Part shown: in pieces, positions 24,129 through 37,780 of the stretch | How positions within the stretch are numbered: position 1 is the first letter of the stretch | How the letters are laid out: each line of letters starts with the position of its first letter | Assembly: GCA_964016885.1 (NCBI GenBank) | Contig: OZ024747.1 | Coordinates: 32,240,001 to 32,304,000, forward strand | Length of the DNA: 64,000 bases | DNA from: Eledone cirrhosa | Taxonomy: Eukaryota | Reading direction: 5' to 3' | Notes under the pieces: generated by a model | The model's input: the letters and a program-made list of their open reading frames with translations, nothing else | Told to the model about the DNA's origin: nothing | The model's database searches: none | Position numbers and translations under genes: made by a program

Positions 24129-24183
24129 ACTGCCTGAAGAGGTCACAGCCAATGATGACTGTCACCGAAAAATATATAGCTGT
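24129..24183 (+). ncRNA. Type I hammerhead motif in a PLE terminal fragment
   Basis: ACTGC-CTGAAGA-GGTCACAG..CTGTCACC-GAA-AAATATAT-A-GCTGT; slightly decayed; GAGTGCTC motif at 24275. Confidence 0.6.
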
Positions 24184-24447
24184 ACATCTTTAATAAACGA
24201 AGCCAAATTTTAAATATTTGACTTAATTATTTTACATTACACCGGAGTAACCAAACCAACCTGAGTACTTCGTCGAGTGCTCCAATTTGCATACTGAGGT
24301 GTCGGTAAACAACCAACATATACTCAATATACAACACCAACTAAATAGCAGACAACTGTGTATATATCTCCAATTACTCCAGTATATATTATGCAACTCA
24401 CTATCCTGTCATAAAAAAACTTCAACAATCTCTACACAATCTGTATG

Positions 24448-24480
<33 letters not shown>

Positions 24481-25347
24481 GGAGAAAAAATTTACGAAAT
24501 GGAAATGCGGGTATAAAGAATTTATTAGATAACAATTGTTTCTATAGTGTATGAGTTACCTATACCTCGCTACTTGAATAATACACAAATATTATCAAAA
24601 ACCGAAAGTACACTGTAAGCCAGCACACCATGTCATGAGACCTTTGTATTAGAATGATATGAAAATATTTTATACACTAGATAAAAGATAAAGAAGTAGG
24701 TAGGAAGAGAAGGGGAAGAGGGACGTGAGTAAGGTGGAGGGAGTCTTAGGGTTTAAGACTGTCAGACTAGTAGAGATTGTGAAGAGAGAATGTTTTGGCA
24801 GCAGTTAGCTTAATGAGGCGTGCTAAGGTTGGCTGGGAAGTAGATTCTTCTAGTGGTGTTGTTCGGAGAAAATTTAGTTAGAGGGGTCAAAGTAGTACAG
24901 TGTCACAGACAAGTTATTAGGGCTATTATAGTAGCAGGTTATTTCTAAAGGGGTCCAGAAAAACAGTGTTTAGTACTATTATTATAGAAAGCCATATCTA
25001 GTGTATAAACATATAGGACAGAAATTTGCAAACGTTGGTGTAAAAAGGTAACATTATATGCATTTAAAAAAAGAAAAAGTCGTTTTCAAACGATGGTTAC
25101 AATATAGAGAACGTTCAATTTTGCTGTTCAAAAGTTTGTTTACCGACGTTAAAATGCAGTATATCTCTAAATTGCATAACTTGCAGAATCGATGATTTTG
25201 CTGATATGCAGGCGCAGCTGCAATAATTTGCCAATCAAGGGAGAACGCTTGATTGTTCCTCCGAAGCTGCCAGGCTTTATCGGCGAGGGTTGTTACGGAG
25301 CGCATTTTCTCGTGCCTGATCGAAGATCGATGTTGGTATAGGCGAGC
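24481..25347 (-). mobile_element. PLE 3' fragment (GIY-YIG C-terminus at 25054-25345 + 3' UTR)
   Basis: RLYQHRSS ... TTLADKAWQL ... WQII ... CKLCNLE ... LLNSKIE ... CNH; flanked by (TA)n. Confidence 0.82.
24527..24602 (-). ncRNA. Hammerhead motif with U3-A8 core (TTGATAA)
   Basis: GGTT-TTGATAA-TAT tt GTGTAT...ATACAC t ATA-GAA-ACAATTGT-T-ATCT; weak stem I, but at the expected PLE 3' position. Confidence 0.5.
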
Positions 25348-25359
25348 CTATATATATAA

Positions 25360-25554
25360 AACGAAGGAATTGTGGTAAGGAACCAAATGGACCATAACGC
25401 ACCAGAGTACTCAATAGTTAGAGTAGTAGAGTGGGAAATAGGAAAAAGTATGACCCCGACAGCAGAGCTCAAGCCGTTTCGACAGCTATTTCTAGTCCAG
25501 AAATAGCTGTCGAAACGGCTTGAGCTCTGCCGTCAGGGTCATACTTTTTCCTAT
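25360..25554. repeat. Fold-back repeat with 56-bp-arm hairpin (25438-25554)
   Basis: ATAGGAAAAAGTATGACC...GACAGCTATTTCT agtcc AGAAATAGCTGTC...GGTCATACTTTTTCCTAT; homologue at 62632-62826. Confidence 0.9.
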
Positions 25555-25582
25555 ATATATTCCATATTAATTAAATAAATAT

Positions 25583-25643
25583 TTTTTCTGATGTATGAAG
25601 ACAGACATAAGTATCTGTCATCAAGTAACCACTGGTAAAAGAA
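25583..25643 (+). ncRNA. Degenerate hammerhead remnant
   Basis: TTTT-CTGATGT-ATGAAGACAGA..TCTGTCATCAA-GTA-ACCACTGGT-A-AAAG; two core lesions. Confidence 0.35.
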
Positions 25644-25756
25644 ATAATTATCTTATGTTGTTTATTACATAACTAAAACGTTCTGTAGCCTACATAGAGC
25701 ACTCTCTTTTCCTTTACCTTTCCTACGGAAATACTTCATTTTTTATATACACACAC

Positions 25757-25851
<95 letters not shown>

Positions 25852-25852
25852 C

Positions 25853-25928
<76 letters not shown>

Positions 25929-26099
25929 ATAAGAATATTTTTATTTATATATGTTTGATATAACTATAAATATGTAGGGTAGTACTAAGTACTAACCGGT
26001 TACTGGTATGACAAAAGGCTCAATGCAAATTTTCAAGTGTTGTACAGAGCCAAGATACAAAGTGTTAAAACGATCAAATTTTAGTTTAGATCATTTATT

Positions 26100-26146
26100 T
26101 GCTGACAATTGTTTCTTCCAGAGGGAAGTTTGGAATCATCGGAGCA
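26100..26146 (-). ncRNA. Hammerhead motif, CCGATGA core variant
   Basis: TGCT-CCGATGA-TTCCA..TGGAA-GAA-ACAATTGT-C-AGCA; homologous to 41432 and 42628. Confidence 0.6.
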
Positions 26147-27419
26147 TAAGGAATGTCGAAACATGTAACTAAAATCCTAGTCATTTAGAACATTTAGGGT
26201 ACATAATTGTTATTAGTGTCAAAGGCATCATGTGGAGATTCAGGAGTTAAAAAGATGTTCTGCTTGAAATAACACAATTACAGGCAGCACTGGTTGGAAG
26301 TGTAATAGGTATAAGTAAAAAGCACAAGCAAAAAAACACAAGTAAAAGAAAACACAGGCAAAAATGTTATAAGCAAGGAAATTTGGTGTACAATGCAGGA
26401 GTCAATACAGTCAATGAGGCATGTATGAGGAAAGAGTTATAATGAAATTGAAATAAACATATTTTGTGTGGGGTGTTAAAGCCTGTTATAATTGTTATAA
26501 ATGTTTAAGATAGTGTGCAATTTGTTAGAGAGGCATGTGGTGATAATGTAGGTATTTGTTATGTAAGGTGTAATGTAAGTATCTATTATGTAACGTGATA
26601 GAGTTGGGTATGTGATTTTCATTTAAATGTTTTTGTGTTGTAGTTCGTATTTATGTGTATGTGTTGTTTGTTCCTCACAGCTATTAACCATGGGATTATT
26701 TTGAGTCGTTTATAGTCAATAGGTGTTTGTTTGTTAAATGTTGTTATTTTAGGTATATTATCTTATGCATTTTTTATCTACAAATTATCTTTTCTAGGGT
26801 TTGTATTAACCGTTATTAAGCTGTTGGTAAACCGTTATGTTGCTCAATTTTATAAGTTTACACAAGAAGTTGTAAAGGGTGTTAATAACAAAGGGAGATA
26901 ATTAAGGTTCTTGATAAATTGAGAGTTGTTTTAATATTGTGGTAGTGTTATAAATTAATCTTTATAGAGTATATAAAATATAAAATATTATTGGTTATAT
27001 AATTGTTATCTTTTAAACTTGTGTGGAGAGGGTTAAAAACATGTTTTTATTAAGTTTATTATAACTAGATAATTTTACATAGTTAGTATATGTATATATA
27101 ATATAAGGTATAAATATATATGGATTTGAAAACAGAGTTTGGGATAAATGAAAGTGAGGCTGAAATAAAATAACGGGCATAAATAGAGGGGGAAAATATA
27201 AATATCCAAATACGTAAACATACACATACACAAACTCACGCATATACGTGATCGTACGTAAACATATACACACATAAGTATATGTGCGTCTGCATGGAAT
27301 ACAAATACACACATATATAAGTGCGATCTTTCGCTCACATATGCGCACTCACAGGCGCACATTCGCATGTATGTATGGAGAGATGTGCGTATATATATTT
27401 ATACGTTAATATTGAGTAT

Positions 27420-28744
27420 GTGTGCACATTTACCATTACTTTAGAATACCTAGTTAGTAAATAGTTAGAACAATTACACACTCATTTAAGACCGATTACG
27501 TGCACTCACCATTACGATTACGCTCTTTATACATAATTCTATACACAGTACCCGGTTTCTTTAGACACGTTGTTTCCACAGTAATGACTAGTCACGATCT
27601 TATCAATTGACTACTACACTAGGTTTTTGGTCTGTGATCCTCTAACCATGGAGTGCTCACAGTTGCTGAATGGACAATACTAGATACACGCCATCAATGG
27701 GCCCATAACACTTACACAAATCCCCGGGGTTTTGTTATTTTATTTTATTTTATTTTTACTTTTGTATTGGGTAACACACCTCCACCACTCAAACACTTAT
27801 CTTAAAAGCCCGAGGGCCCATATGACGGGAAAACGCACACACTGACACCTTAACTCAAATACCCTACATGGAGCCCCTTGGTGGCCTACATGGCGGGTGC
27901 TTGCACGCACGGACTCGGGGACTCAGATTCTCAACGGGACAACGGCACATACAGAGTTCGATACGAGCTGACTACTTGCTCTACACATGGATGTGTATGT
28001 ACCAAAACATACACTATTTAGACGATACGGATGTTACAATTCAATCGATACACGTATAGCAGAACGTTGAACGGAATTTACTTGCGTGTGTATAGGGTTG
28101 TGGTTAACCCAATTTTTCTAATTTACATGGTTAAAATTGAGATTTGACCAATATAACATATGTTGTTTTGTAATATAACTTTCGGTGCATACTATGTTGG
28201 TATTTATAATTTTTCTCTGACCTCGCGTCGGTGTGTGTGAGTGTGTGTACTCACTCACACTAATTGTGACCGACCGAAATTCTACAGATTTGATGTTAAA
28301 ATTAGACTTGTCCAGCGTCTTTTACAGCTATTGAGAGATAGAGACTTGATAGATTTATGACCCGGACTGAAGACGATAGAAGTTGGCGTGTTTTGGCTGC
28401 TGAATCTTCATATGGGGAACAGAACTCTAGTGAGTGAACATCGTTAGTTTTTCCTCCCTCATATGAAAGATTTGAAGACAATTCATTATTCACCTGATGA
28501 GATCAGTGATAATCGATCATCACCACACGATCGATCTATCTGTTATTGAAACATGTCGTAATTAAAATGATTGGAAATTTATACCATACCTTCAGATCTT
28601 TATTTTAATACAAATACTCAGCTTTACATCATCTAGCTGTTCCTATAAATGGAACTGGAGATATACAGCGTGGAGAACTTAATATTGCTAACAAAGGTTT
28701 ATTGGACCGTATGACACAACCAATAATACACCTTACTATATAAC

Positions 28745-28750
<6 letters not shown>
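27420..28750 (+). mobile_element. PLE family A 3' region/pseudo-LTR through the terminus
   Basis: Colinear with 20100-21390 and the reverse complement of 62846-63700; ends in (TA)n. Confidence 0.85.
28490..28561 (+). ncRNA. Type I hammerhead ribozyme
   Basis: TCAC-CTGATGA-GATCAGTGATAATCGATC..GATCGATCTATCTGTTATT-GAA-ACATGT-C-GTAA. Confidence 0.65.
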
Positions 28751-28780
<30 letters not shown>

Positions 28781-28785
<5 letters not shown>

Positions 28786-29715
28786 TAACAGATTAAAGTT
28801 TAAGCAAAGAATCGCTGCTTTCACCCATAACGGGATCTTCTGAAACTAAAAAAGCCAATCTGTGAACGCAGAAGTAAATATTTCAAAAAACGTTGCAACC
28901 GAAGGGAGACAAGAAGACGATTGGTTCGTGGAAACGTTGCCTGGCAAAGAAGGGGAAAAAAACGAAGATAATACGTCATAATTTGGTGCGGTGAAAACAA
29001 TTACACGCAAAGACAAAACCACGTTTATGGTATAAATGAAGTCGTAGACTAATATTCTATTAGGTGCTTCGTGGAGACGTTCTCTGGCAGTAAACGGGAA
29101 AAACGAAGATAATACGTCATTATGTGGAGCGAAGAGAACAATTACACGCAAAGACAAAACCACGTAAATGGTATAACTGAAGTCGTAGACTAAAATTCTA
29201 TTTAGGAAACCGAATGATTCTCGGCTTCAGAGTTAAGAATAAAGTAAATAATTGTTTCTACTTTTGGCACAAGACCAGCAATTTACCCAGTGCATTACTG
29301 GTACTTTATTTTATCGACCCCGTAAGGATGGAAGGCAAAGTTAACCTCGGCGGGATTTGAACTCAGAATGGCAAGGGCCGTAACTCTATGCGTCAAAGCA
29401 TGGCGTCCGACCCTTTACCGATACTGCCAATCCTCCGCCCAATAAAGTAAATAGTATTAGTCTACGACTTCATTTATATCATAAACGTGGTTTTGTCTTT
29501 GCCTGTAATTGTTTGACGTATTATCTTTGTTTTTTTCCGTTCCTTGCCAGGGAACGTTTCCACGAACCAAAGTATCGTCTTCCTGTCTTGCTTCTGTTGC
29601 TACGTTTTTTGAAATATTTACTTCTGCGTTCACAGATTGACTTTTTTAGTTTCAGAAGATCCCGTTAAGGGTGAAAGCAGCGATTCTTTGCTTAAACTTT
29701 AATCTGTTATTTTAA
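28781..29715. mobile_element. Fold-back/MITE-like element with ~270-bp inverted repeats
   Basis: TAAAATAACAGATTAAAGTTTAAGC... (28781-29060) versus its reverse complement (29450-29715); internal ~140-bp duplication. Confidence 0.8.
29251..29440 (-). mobile_element. tRNA-derived SINE with 13-bp TSD
   Basis: Head GGGCGGAGGATTGGCAGTATCGG, B box GAGTTCAAATCC; TSD AATAAAGTAAATA at 29238-29250 and 29441-29453. Confidence 0.88.
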
Positions 29716-29822
29716 TAAATATTTGCTCCACGGTTCTTATATATCTGATATATATTTATCCTTATCGAGCTCACTTTGGATTTTACTCTCAAATTTATTC
29801 TTATTACTATATATATATATAT

Positions 29823-29900
<78 letters not shown>

Positions 29901-29903
<3 letters not shown>

Positions 29904-31945
29904 AAAATGAGAGTTTATTTTAAATGAAAAAAAAAATGTCCTAAACGAGTGAAAGTATAAGGAAAAATGGAACTGGAGTTTATTTGTTTCCTTTACAGTT
30001 TCTACAAAAGTAGAATTGTGATGGAGGGTTTGTGGTTTTTCTCGCATCTGGCTGGTGTTCGAATGTTAATTCTGTTTTATGTGTAAAAGAGTGGCTCGAA
30101 ATTCTAGTTTTTTTTAGAAAATTAATTTTGTTGGTTGATGACTTTCACGTGAATAAGTATAATAAATTTAGCGCCAGTTCGCGTTACAGATTTCTTATTG
30201 TATTTGCCTTTAAAAAAAAGGGGAGGGGGCTCAGATTGTTTTTCATATATGAGTGAAATTTGGTTGGTTGATGCAGTCACGTGAATAAGCACATCAAATG
30301 TCGCGCCAGTTTGTGTCTGAGAGTTCTTTTCACTTAAAAAGTGTCTAAAAAAAGTTGTTTTTTTATAAATGTAATTTGATTGGTTATGACTGTCACGTGA
30401 ATAAGTACATTAAATTTCGCGCCAGGTCGTATTTGGGGGTTCTTTGTAGCCGTTTAGAGAGTTTCCTGCCAAACAAATGATAATGGTCAAGAAAAAAGCG
30501 ATGGGGAGAATTGTTCTGGTTCAGTGATGTGCTTGAGGTACTTGAGGTGCTTGAGGTGTCAAAATTCAAACTTTCTATTGAAATAAAAAAATAGAGATAT
30601 ATATATATTTATTTGTGTGGTGATGTGTGTGTGTGTGTGTGTGTGTGTAGGAAAATGATTCCATTAGTAGAAATGGGGGAGGGAGTTATGTGTGTGTTAT
30701 ATGTGTTTGGGAGTATGGTTAGCGTGTTTAGGTGGTGACAGGTTAAAGAATATATATTTGTGTGTGTGTGTGTGTGTAGGAAAATGATTCCATTAGTAGA
30801 AATGGGGGAGGGAGTTATGTGTGTGTGTATGGGTGTTATATGTGTATGTGGCGGGTATAGTTATCATGTTAAGGTCTTAGAGTATTAACGTATGTTAAGG
30901 TCTATTTAGCTCTGGTTTTTATTTTCGAATATAGAAGAGGGTGTTATGTGTGTGTGTGTGTATGTATGTGTCTGTTTGGATGGTGAGCATGTTATGGGGT
31001 TGACATAATGTATTTTAAACTATATTTAATGCTGGTCTATATTTTTGAATAAACATATTTTCTTTATTTATTCGTATTTGGTCTGTTGTATTGTCAGCGA
31101 AAAGATAAAATGGGAAGACTTGGAAATTGGGTGTCTTATTACTTGCGCATATTTCTATATGTGCACTGAGAGGTATATGTCTTGTGGTAGGGTCTCGTAA
31201 TTGTTGGCGATGAATTGTCATTCTGTTTCTGAGTGTGAGTTTAGTTTGCCCTATATAATCTTCATTGCATCCTTTACATTTAATGGCATAAACAACATTT
31301 TCTGATGATCAAGTAAAGTGATTTTTTACAACAAAATGTTGTCCTGATTGAAATGTATACATGGTGCCTTCAATGAGGTGAGTGCAAGTTCCACAATTAG
31401 AGCGACCACATTTTGTTACAGTTGGTTGTGGGTTTGTGGTAGGTAATTTGGCATTGGTGAGTAATGTTTTTAGTGATTTAGGTTGTCTTTTGCTTTTGAT
31501 TATTTAGTGTTTCAAGTGTTTTTTTTCATTCTTGGGTCTTGTTTCAATAGTGGGATGTTCTTGTAAATAATGTTGTATGCTTCCGCATTTCTTGGGTTGC
31601 GTGTTGAGATATATGATAGAATATTGGACGTAACTTGAATTTGTTTCTGTTTTCGTAATTTATCAATGCATATTGCTTTAGCCCTTTCTATTCCTGTATC
31701 TATTAATAACGGTGGGTACTGTGTTTCGAACAGAATTTCCTTTAATTCTTGAAGTCTTTTATTTCTCGTTTCATAATTGGCGACAATTGTGCAAATTCTT
31801 CTTGCTATTATTTGGAATCTGTTGGTTTGTAGTGGATGTCAGTTTCAATATTTGTGTCTTTTTTATGATTAAGAAGTCCAGAAATGGGAGTTGACCTTGG
31901 CTGTATTCCATTGTGAATTGGATGGGGTTATTAATGCCATTATTA
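29901..31945 (-). mobile_element. PLE family B (RT C-terminus, Zn finger, GIY-YIG, 3' UTR)
   Basis: IQFTMEYSQGQLPFLDFLI, CGRSNCGTCTH, YIGQTKLTLRNRMTIHRQQ, FIQKYRPALN; homologous to 53085-54772. Confidence 0.88.
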
Positions 31946-31949
31946 TATT

Positions 31950-33476
<1,527 letters not shown>

Positions 33477-34496
33477 ATTAATACAATAACAGAGATAGTT
33501 TAAAGCTAAATTCTGACTGGTAACCATCTCACTCAACAAACATTAGGTTATATTAAAATATAAACCCAATTTAAGTGTTTGGGGTGCTAACATTATGTAA
33601 AATGTGGAAAAACCAGTTGTATTATTTTATGAGATATAATTAAAGTTAAAGTATATCTCTCTTTCCAAACAATTTCATTATAAGTTTTCTATAAGTTTGG
33701 GAGAATGTTTCCTGTTTATGTAGAAGCCTAATATATATTCATCTAAGAATATATTTAGGTGGGCACTTATAAATCGTCAGTGGAAGCCCATTAAACATTG
33801 ATATAAGAAAACAATTTCTTACCGCTGTCAAAAATCATGTCCGTAAAGTTGGTCTCTCTCACCTCGAATGACCGCTAAAGTTGAAATTCCAGCAGTTTTT
33901 GACTGAGGAAGTATCATAGCGACGCGAAGCGGGAAGGGGAGACAACCCACGAAATGAGGAAAAAAAAAAATAATATACACGCGGGTTAATTAGTTTTTTT
34001 GAAAACATTATCAATCCAACGTGTTTAAGAACTCAATTGAAAATAAAAAAATAAATATATGCTTGTATAAATTACACACGCATATAGATATTTTCTTAGA
34101 CTAAATCAGAAGTTGTACTCGAATAAGAACCGCTTCTCATAACCGCAGTAAATGCAGAAAGTTATGCTATAAAGGGCAAATGGGAATATAATTCTCCGGC
34201 CGAATTATTAAGAGTAAAATATAAAACACACGCGGGTTAATTAGTTATTTCAAAACCAATATTAATTCCTCGTGTAAAGAACTCAATTAATAAAAGAAAA
34301 TAAATACATATATGCATGTAATTATATACGTAGGCATATATATATATTTTCCTAGGCTAAAATATATATATATATATATATAAGTTGAAATAAAATGAAA
34401 ACGAAATTTCATTTCTCACTCTTAGTACGGCACTTACTTAAATGTTAATATGTGTGTATACGTTCATACATATATGTATACAGACGTACAGTAGCA

Positions 34497-34564
<68 letters not shown>

Positions 34565-34723
34565 TACATACAGGTACACATACATATATGCACGTATCAG
34601 TTTATCGGACGCTTATTATAACGCCGCTTTGTTCGTTTGTAAACAAACTGAACAGCCTGAATTTTTATGCCGTACGGTGTTAAGGCAACCACGTCACCTT
34701 TTTGTTCAACACTGACACAGGAA

Positions 34724-34764
34724 CGATGTACTAGTTTCAAGCTTGTTAGCTATCATCAGCACCG
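34724..34764 (-). ncRNA. Minimal type I hammerhead ribozyme
   Basis: CGGTG-CTGATGA-TAGCTAACAAGCTT-GAA-ACTAGT-A-CATCG. Confidence 0.78.
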
Positions 34765-35001
34765 TATACCCATCTGCCAGATAGTTGAACGTTCGAAAGT
34801 ATATACTTTCCTTATGAAAATTAACGGCTGAGCAGCCTAATTTGCATATCGAGTGAGCTAAGTCGGTCAGGCATACCGAAAACGATAAGTTGAAATAAAA
34901 TGAAAACGAAATTTCATTTCTCACTCTTATTACGGCACTTACTTAAATGTAAGTATGTGTGTATACGTACATACATATATGTATACAGGCGTACAGTAGC
35001 A

Positions 35002-35055
<54 letters not shown>

Positions 35056-35159
35056 TACATACAGGTACACATACATATATGCACGTATCAGTTTAGCGGT
35101 TAATTTTCATAAGGAAAGTATATACTTTCGAACGTTCAACTATCTGGCAGATGGGTATA

Positions 35160-35200
35160 CGGTGCTGATGATAGCTAACAAGCTTGAAACTAGTACATCG
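35160..35200 (+). ncRNA. Minimal type I hammerhead ribozyme
   Basis: CGGTG-CTGATGA-TAGCTAACAAGCTT-GAA-ACTAGT-A-CATCG. Confidence 0.78.
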
Positions 35201-35439
35201 TTCCTGTGTCAGTGTTGAACAAAAAGGTGACGTGGTTGCCTTAACACCGTACGGCATAAAAATTCAGGCTGTTCAGTTTGTTTACAAACGAACAAAGCGG
35301 CGTTATAATAATCGTCCGCTAAACTGATACGTGCATATATGTATGTGTACCTGTATGTATATATGTATATATATATATATATATATGCATGCTACTGTAC
35401 GTCTGTATACATATATGTATGTACGTATACACACATACT

Positions 35440-35513
<74 letters not shown>

Positions 35514-35717
35514 GTCTTCAAAATGTTTATTATAAACATACAGAATATTTTCGAATATTCTATGTCTATATTCACATATATATCGCTATTTCAGAGCATT
35601 TATTCCAATTTCTAATTTCTGCCGGACCGGCAACCGCTCTTTCAAACCAATTCCTGTACACAGCTAAGTATTCTATAAGTCTCTAGCTGTGTCATTCTCG
35701 ATAAAAGCACTGGATAT

Positions 35718-35760
35718 GTAGTCCTGATGATTTCTAACAAGAATGAAACGCGTAGATTAC
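35718..35760 (+). ncRNA. Minimal type I hammerhead, 310-bp unit 1
   Basis: GTAGTC-CTGATGA-T TTCT AACA AGAA T-GAA-ACGCGT-A-GATTAC, enclosed by the 16-bp stem ATTCTCGATAAAAGCA/TGCTTTTATCGAGAAT. Confidence 0.82.
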
Positions 35761-36027
35761 TTCCCTTGCTTTTATCGAGAATCTAATTGTAATACGTGAC
35801 GTATTCTATTCTATAGCGATTAGGTCTTCAAAATGTTTATTATAAACATACAGAATATTTTCGAATATTCTATGTCTATATTCACATATATATCGCTATT
35901 TCAGAGCATTTATTCCAATTTCTAATTTCTGCCGGACCGGCAACCGCTCTTTCAAACCAATTCCTGTACACAGCTAAGTATTCTATAAGTCTCTAGCTGT
36001 GTCATTCTCGATAAAAGCACTGGATAT

Positions 36028-36070
36028 GTAGTCCTGATGATTTCTAACAAGAATGAAACGCGTAGATTAC
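36028..36070 (+). ncRNA. Minimal type I hammerhead, 310-bp unit 2
   Basis: Same sequence as 35718-35760. Confidence 0.82.
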
Positions 36071-36337
36071 TTCCCTTGCTTTTATCGAGAATCTAATTGT
36101 AATACGTGACGTATTCTATTCTATAGCGATTAGGTCTTCAAAATGTTTATTATAAACATACAGAATATTTTCGAATATTCTATGTCTATATTCACATATA
36201 TATCGCTATTTCAGAGCATTTATTCCAATTTCTAATTTCTGCCGGACCGGCAACCGCTCTTTCAAACCAATTCCTGTACACAGCTAAGTATTCTATAAGT
36301 CTCTAGCTGTGTCATTCTCGATAAAAGCACTGGATAT

Positions 36338-36380
36338 GTAGTCCTGATGATTTCTAACAAGAATGAAACGCGTAGATTAC
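36338..36380 (+). ncRNA. Minimal type I hammerhead, 310-bp unit 3
   Basis: Same sequence as 35718-35760. Confidence 0.82.
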
Positions 36381-36502
36381 TTCCCTTGCTTTTATCGAGA
36401 ATCTAATTGTAATACGTGACGTATTCTATTCTATAGCGATTAGGTCTTCAAAATGTTTATTATAAACATACAGAATATTTTCGAATATTCTATGTCTATA
36501 TT

Positions 36503-36541
<39 letters not shown>

Positions 36542-36683
36542 CCAAAAGTTTAACAAGGTTCATTGATTAATCAATGAATAAAGTTTTACAATAGATTAGA
36601 AGCACTCAACAAAGAGGTTTTCTGCAGTTATTAATATTACTTCAAAATATTAATAAACATAGACATTTATGTGATCAAATATA

Positions 36684-36745
36684 TTTTATTATACATATTT
36701 AAGAGGTACTGAGCTATTTCATCAGTACGTCCTCATCAGATAAAA
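36684..36745 (-). ncRNA. Hammerhead motif (GAA mutated to TAA)
   Basis: TTTTAT-CTGATGA-GGACGTACTGA..TCAGTACCTCT-TAA-ATATGTAT-A-ATAAAA. Confidence 0.45.
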
Positions 36746-37780
36746 TAAATTGATGTCTGACATACCTCAACTGTGCTGATGGTTCAATTCCAGTCTTGGT
36801 AGGGATTAGTTATGACAAAACTCAATATTTATATACCTCAATATTTACATTTATCGTATAAAAGTTTCGTTTTATCTAAATTGATTAATAATCTGTACTT
36901 AACTTGATGTATAATTTTGAATACAGTAAAATCTAGTTAAATCAAAATTATAACACTCTTAAGTGTAATTATAACTAATAATTAATATTATATATAATTG
37001 ACAAATATCGATTTAAATCTTATAGTTTTATATAAGAACTATACAAATGCTTATATCTAAATAATGCTTATATCTAAATAAATCTGGTTTAATAATATCA
37101 TATTTACTACATTTATAAGCTTTATGGTTAGTTAATAACATTTTTAATTTTGATCTTTCTAACTAAATTATTGACTATATTTAATAATTTAAATATACTC
37201 TTGATTACCCTTGGAATTATGTTAAATTATCTGTTTCACTATATATTTGTTTTAATTTTGATATAATACAATAATATAGGTTCTTTCAAATATTATAATC
37301 TAAAAATTTCAAGTTATTTAATTAATATTATAATAATAATATTATTTCTAATTAACTTAATATTTGAAAAAAAAACGGTCACGCATCATATACTTTGATT
37401 CTCCTTCTCCTTATGTAATTATATGTTACCACACATACCTCCCTTTCTTTGTTTTTAGTATCATCTCTCTTTCCTTTTCTTTCTCTCGTCTAGTTAGCTC
37501 TCTCGCTCTCTCATTTGCTCCTTCTATAATACGGAGGTACACATTTTATTATTTAAATTTTTAACAGTTATGTTTATATTTTTTATTTGCCTTTATATAT
37601 ACTTATTATATTTATTATTATATATTTTTTATACACCTTTTCCTACGTACCCTCTCTATTATATGTAGTTTTTCATGTTACAACTTATGGTATATAAATA
37701 TTGAGTTTTGTCATAACTAATCACTACCAAGACTGGAATTGAACCATCAGCACAGTTGAGGTATGTCAGGCATCAATTTA

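Larger units (their letters stand above)
34380..35445. mobile_element. Diverged subfamily of the ~435-bp HHR repeat: about 1.4 tandem units (period ~505) plus an inverted arm
   Basis: ATAAGTTGAAATAAAATG at 34380 and 34885; 35096-35445 is inverted. Confidence 0.88.
35511..36512 (+). repeat. Tandem array of apparently identical 310-bp units (3 + ~70 bp), each with a hammerhead (retrozyme-like)
   Basis: TAGGTCTTCA at 35511, 35821, 36131 and 36441; flanked by (TA)n. Confidence 0.97.
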
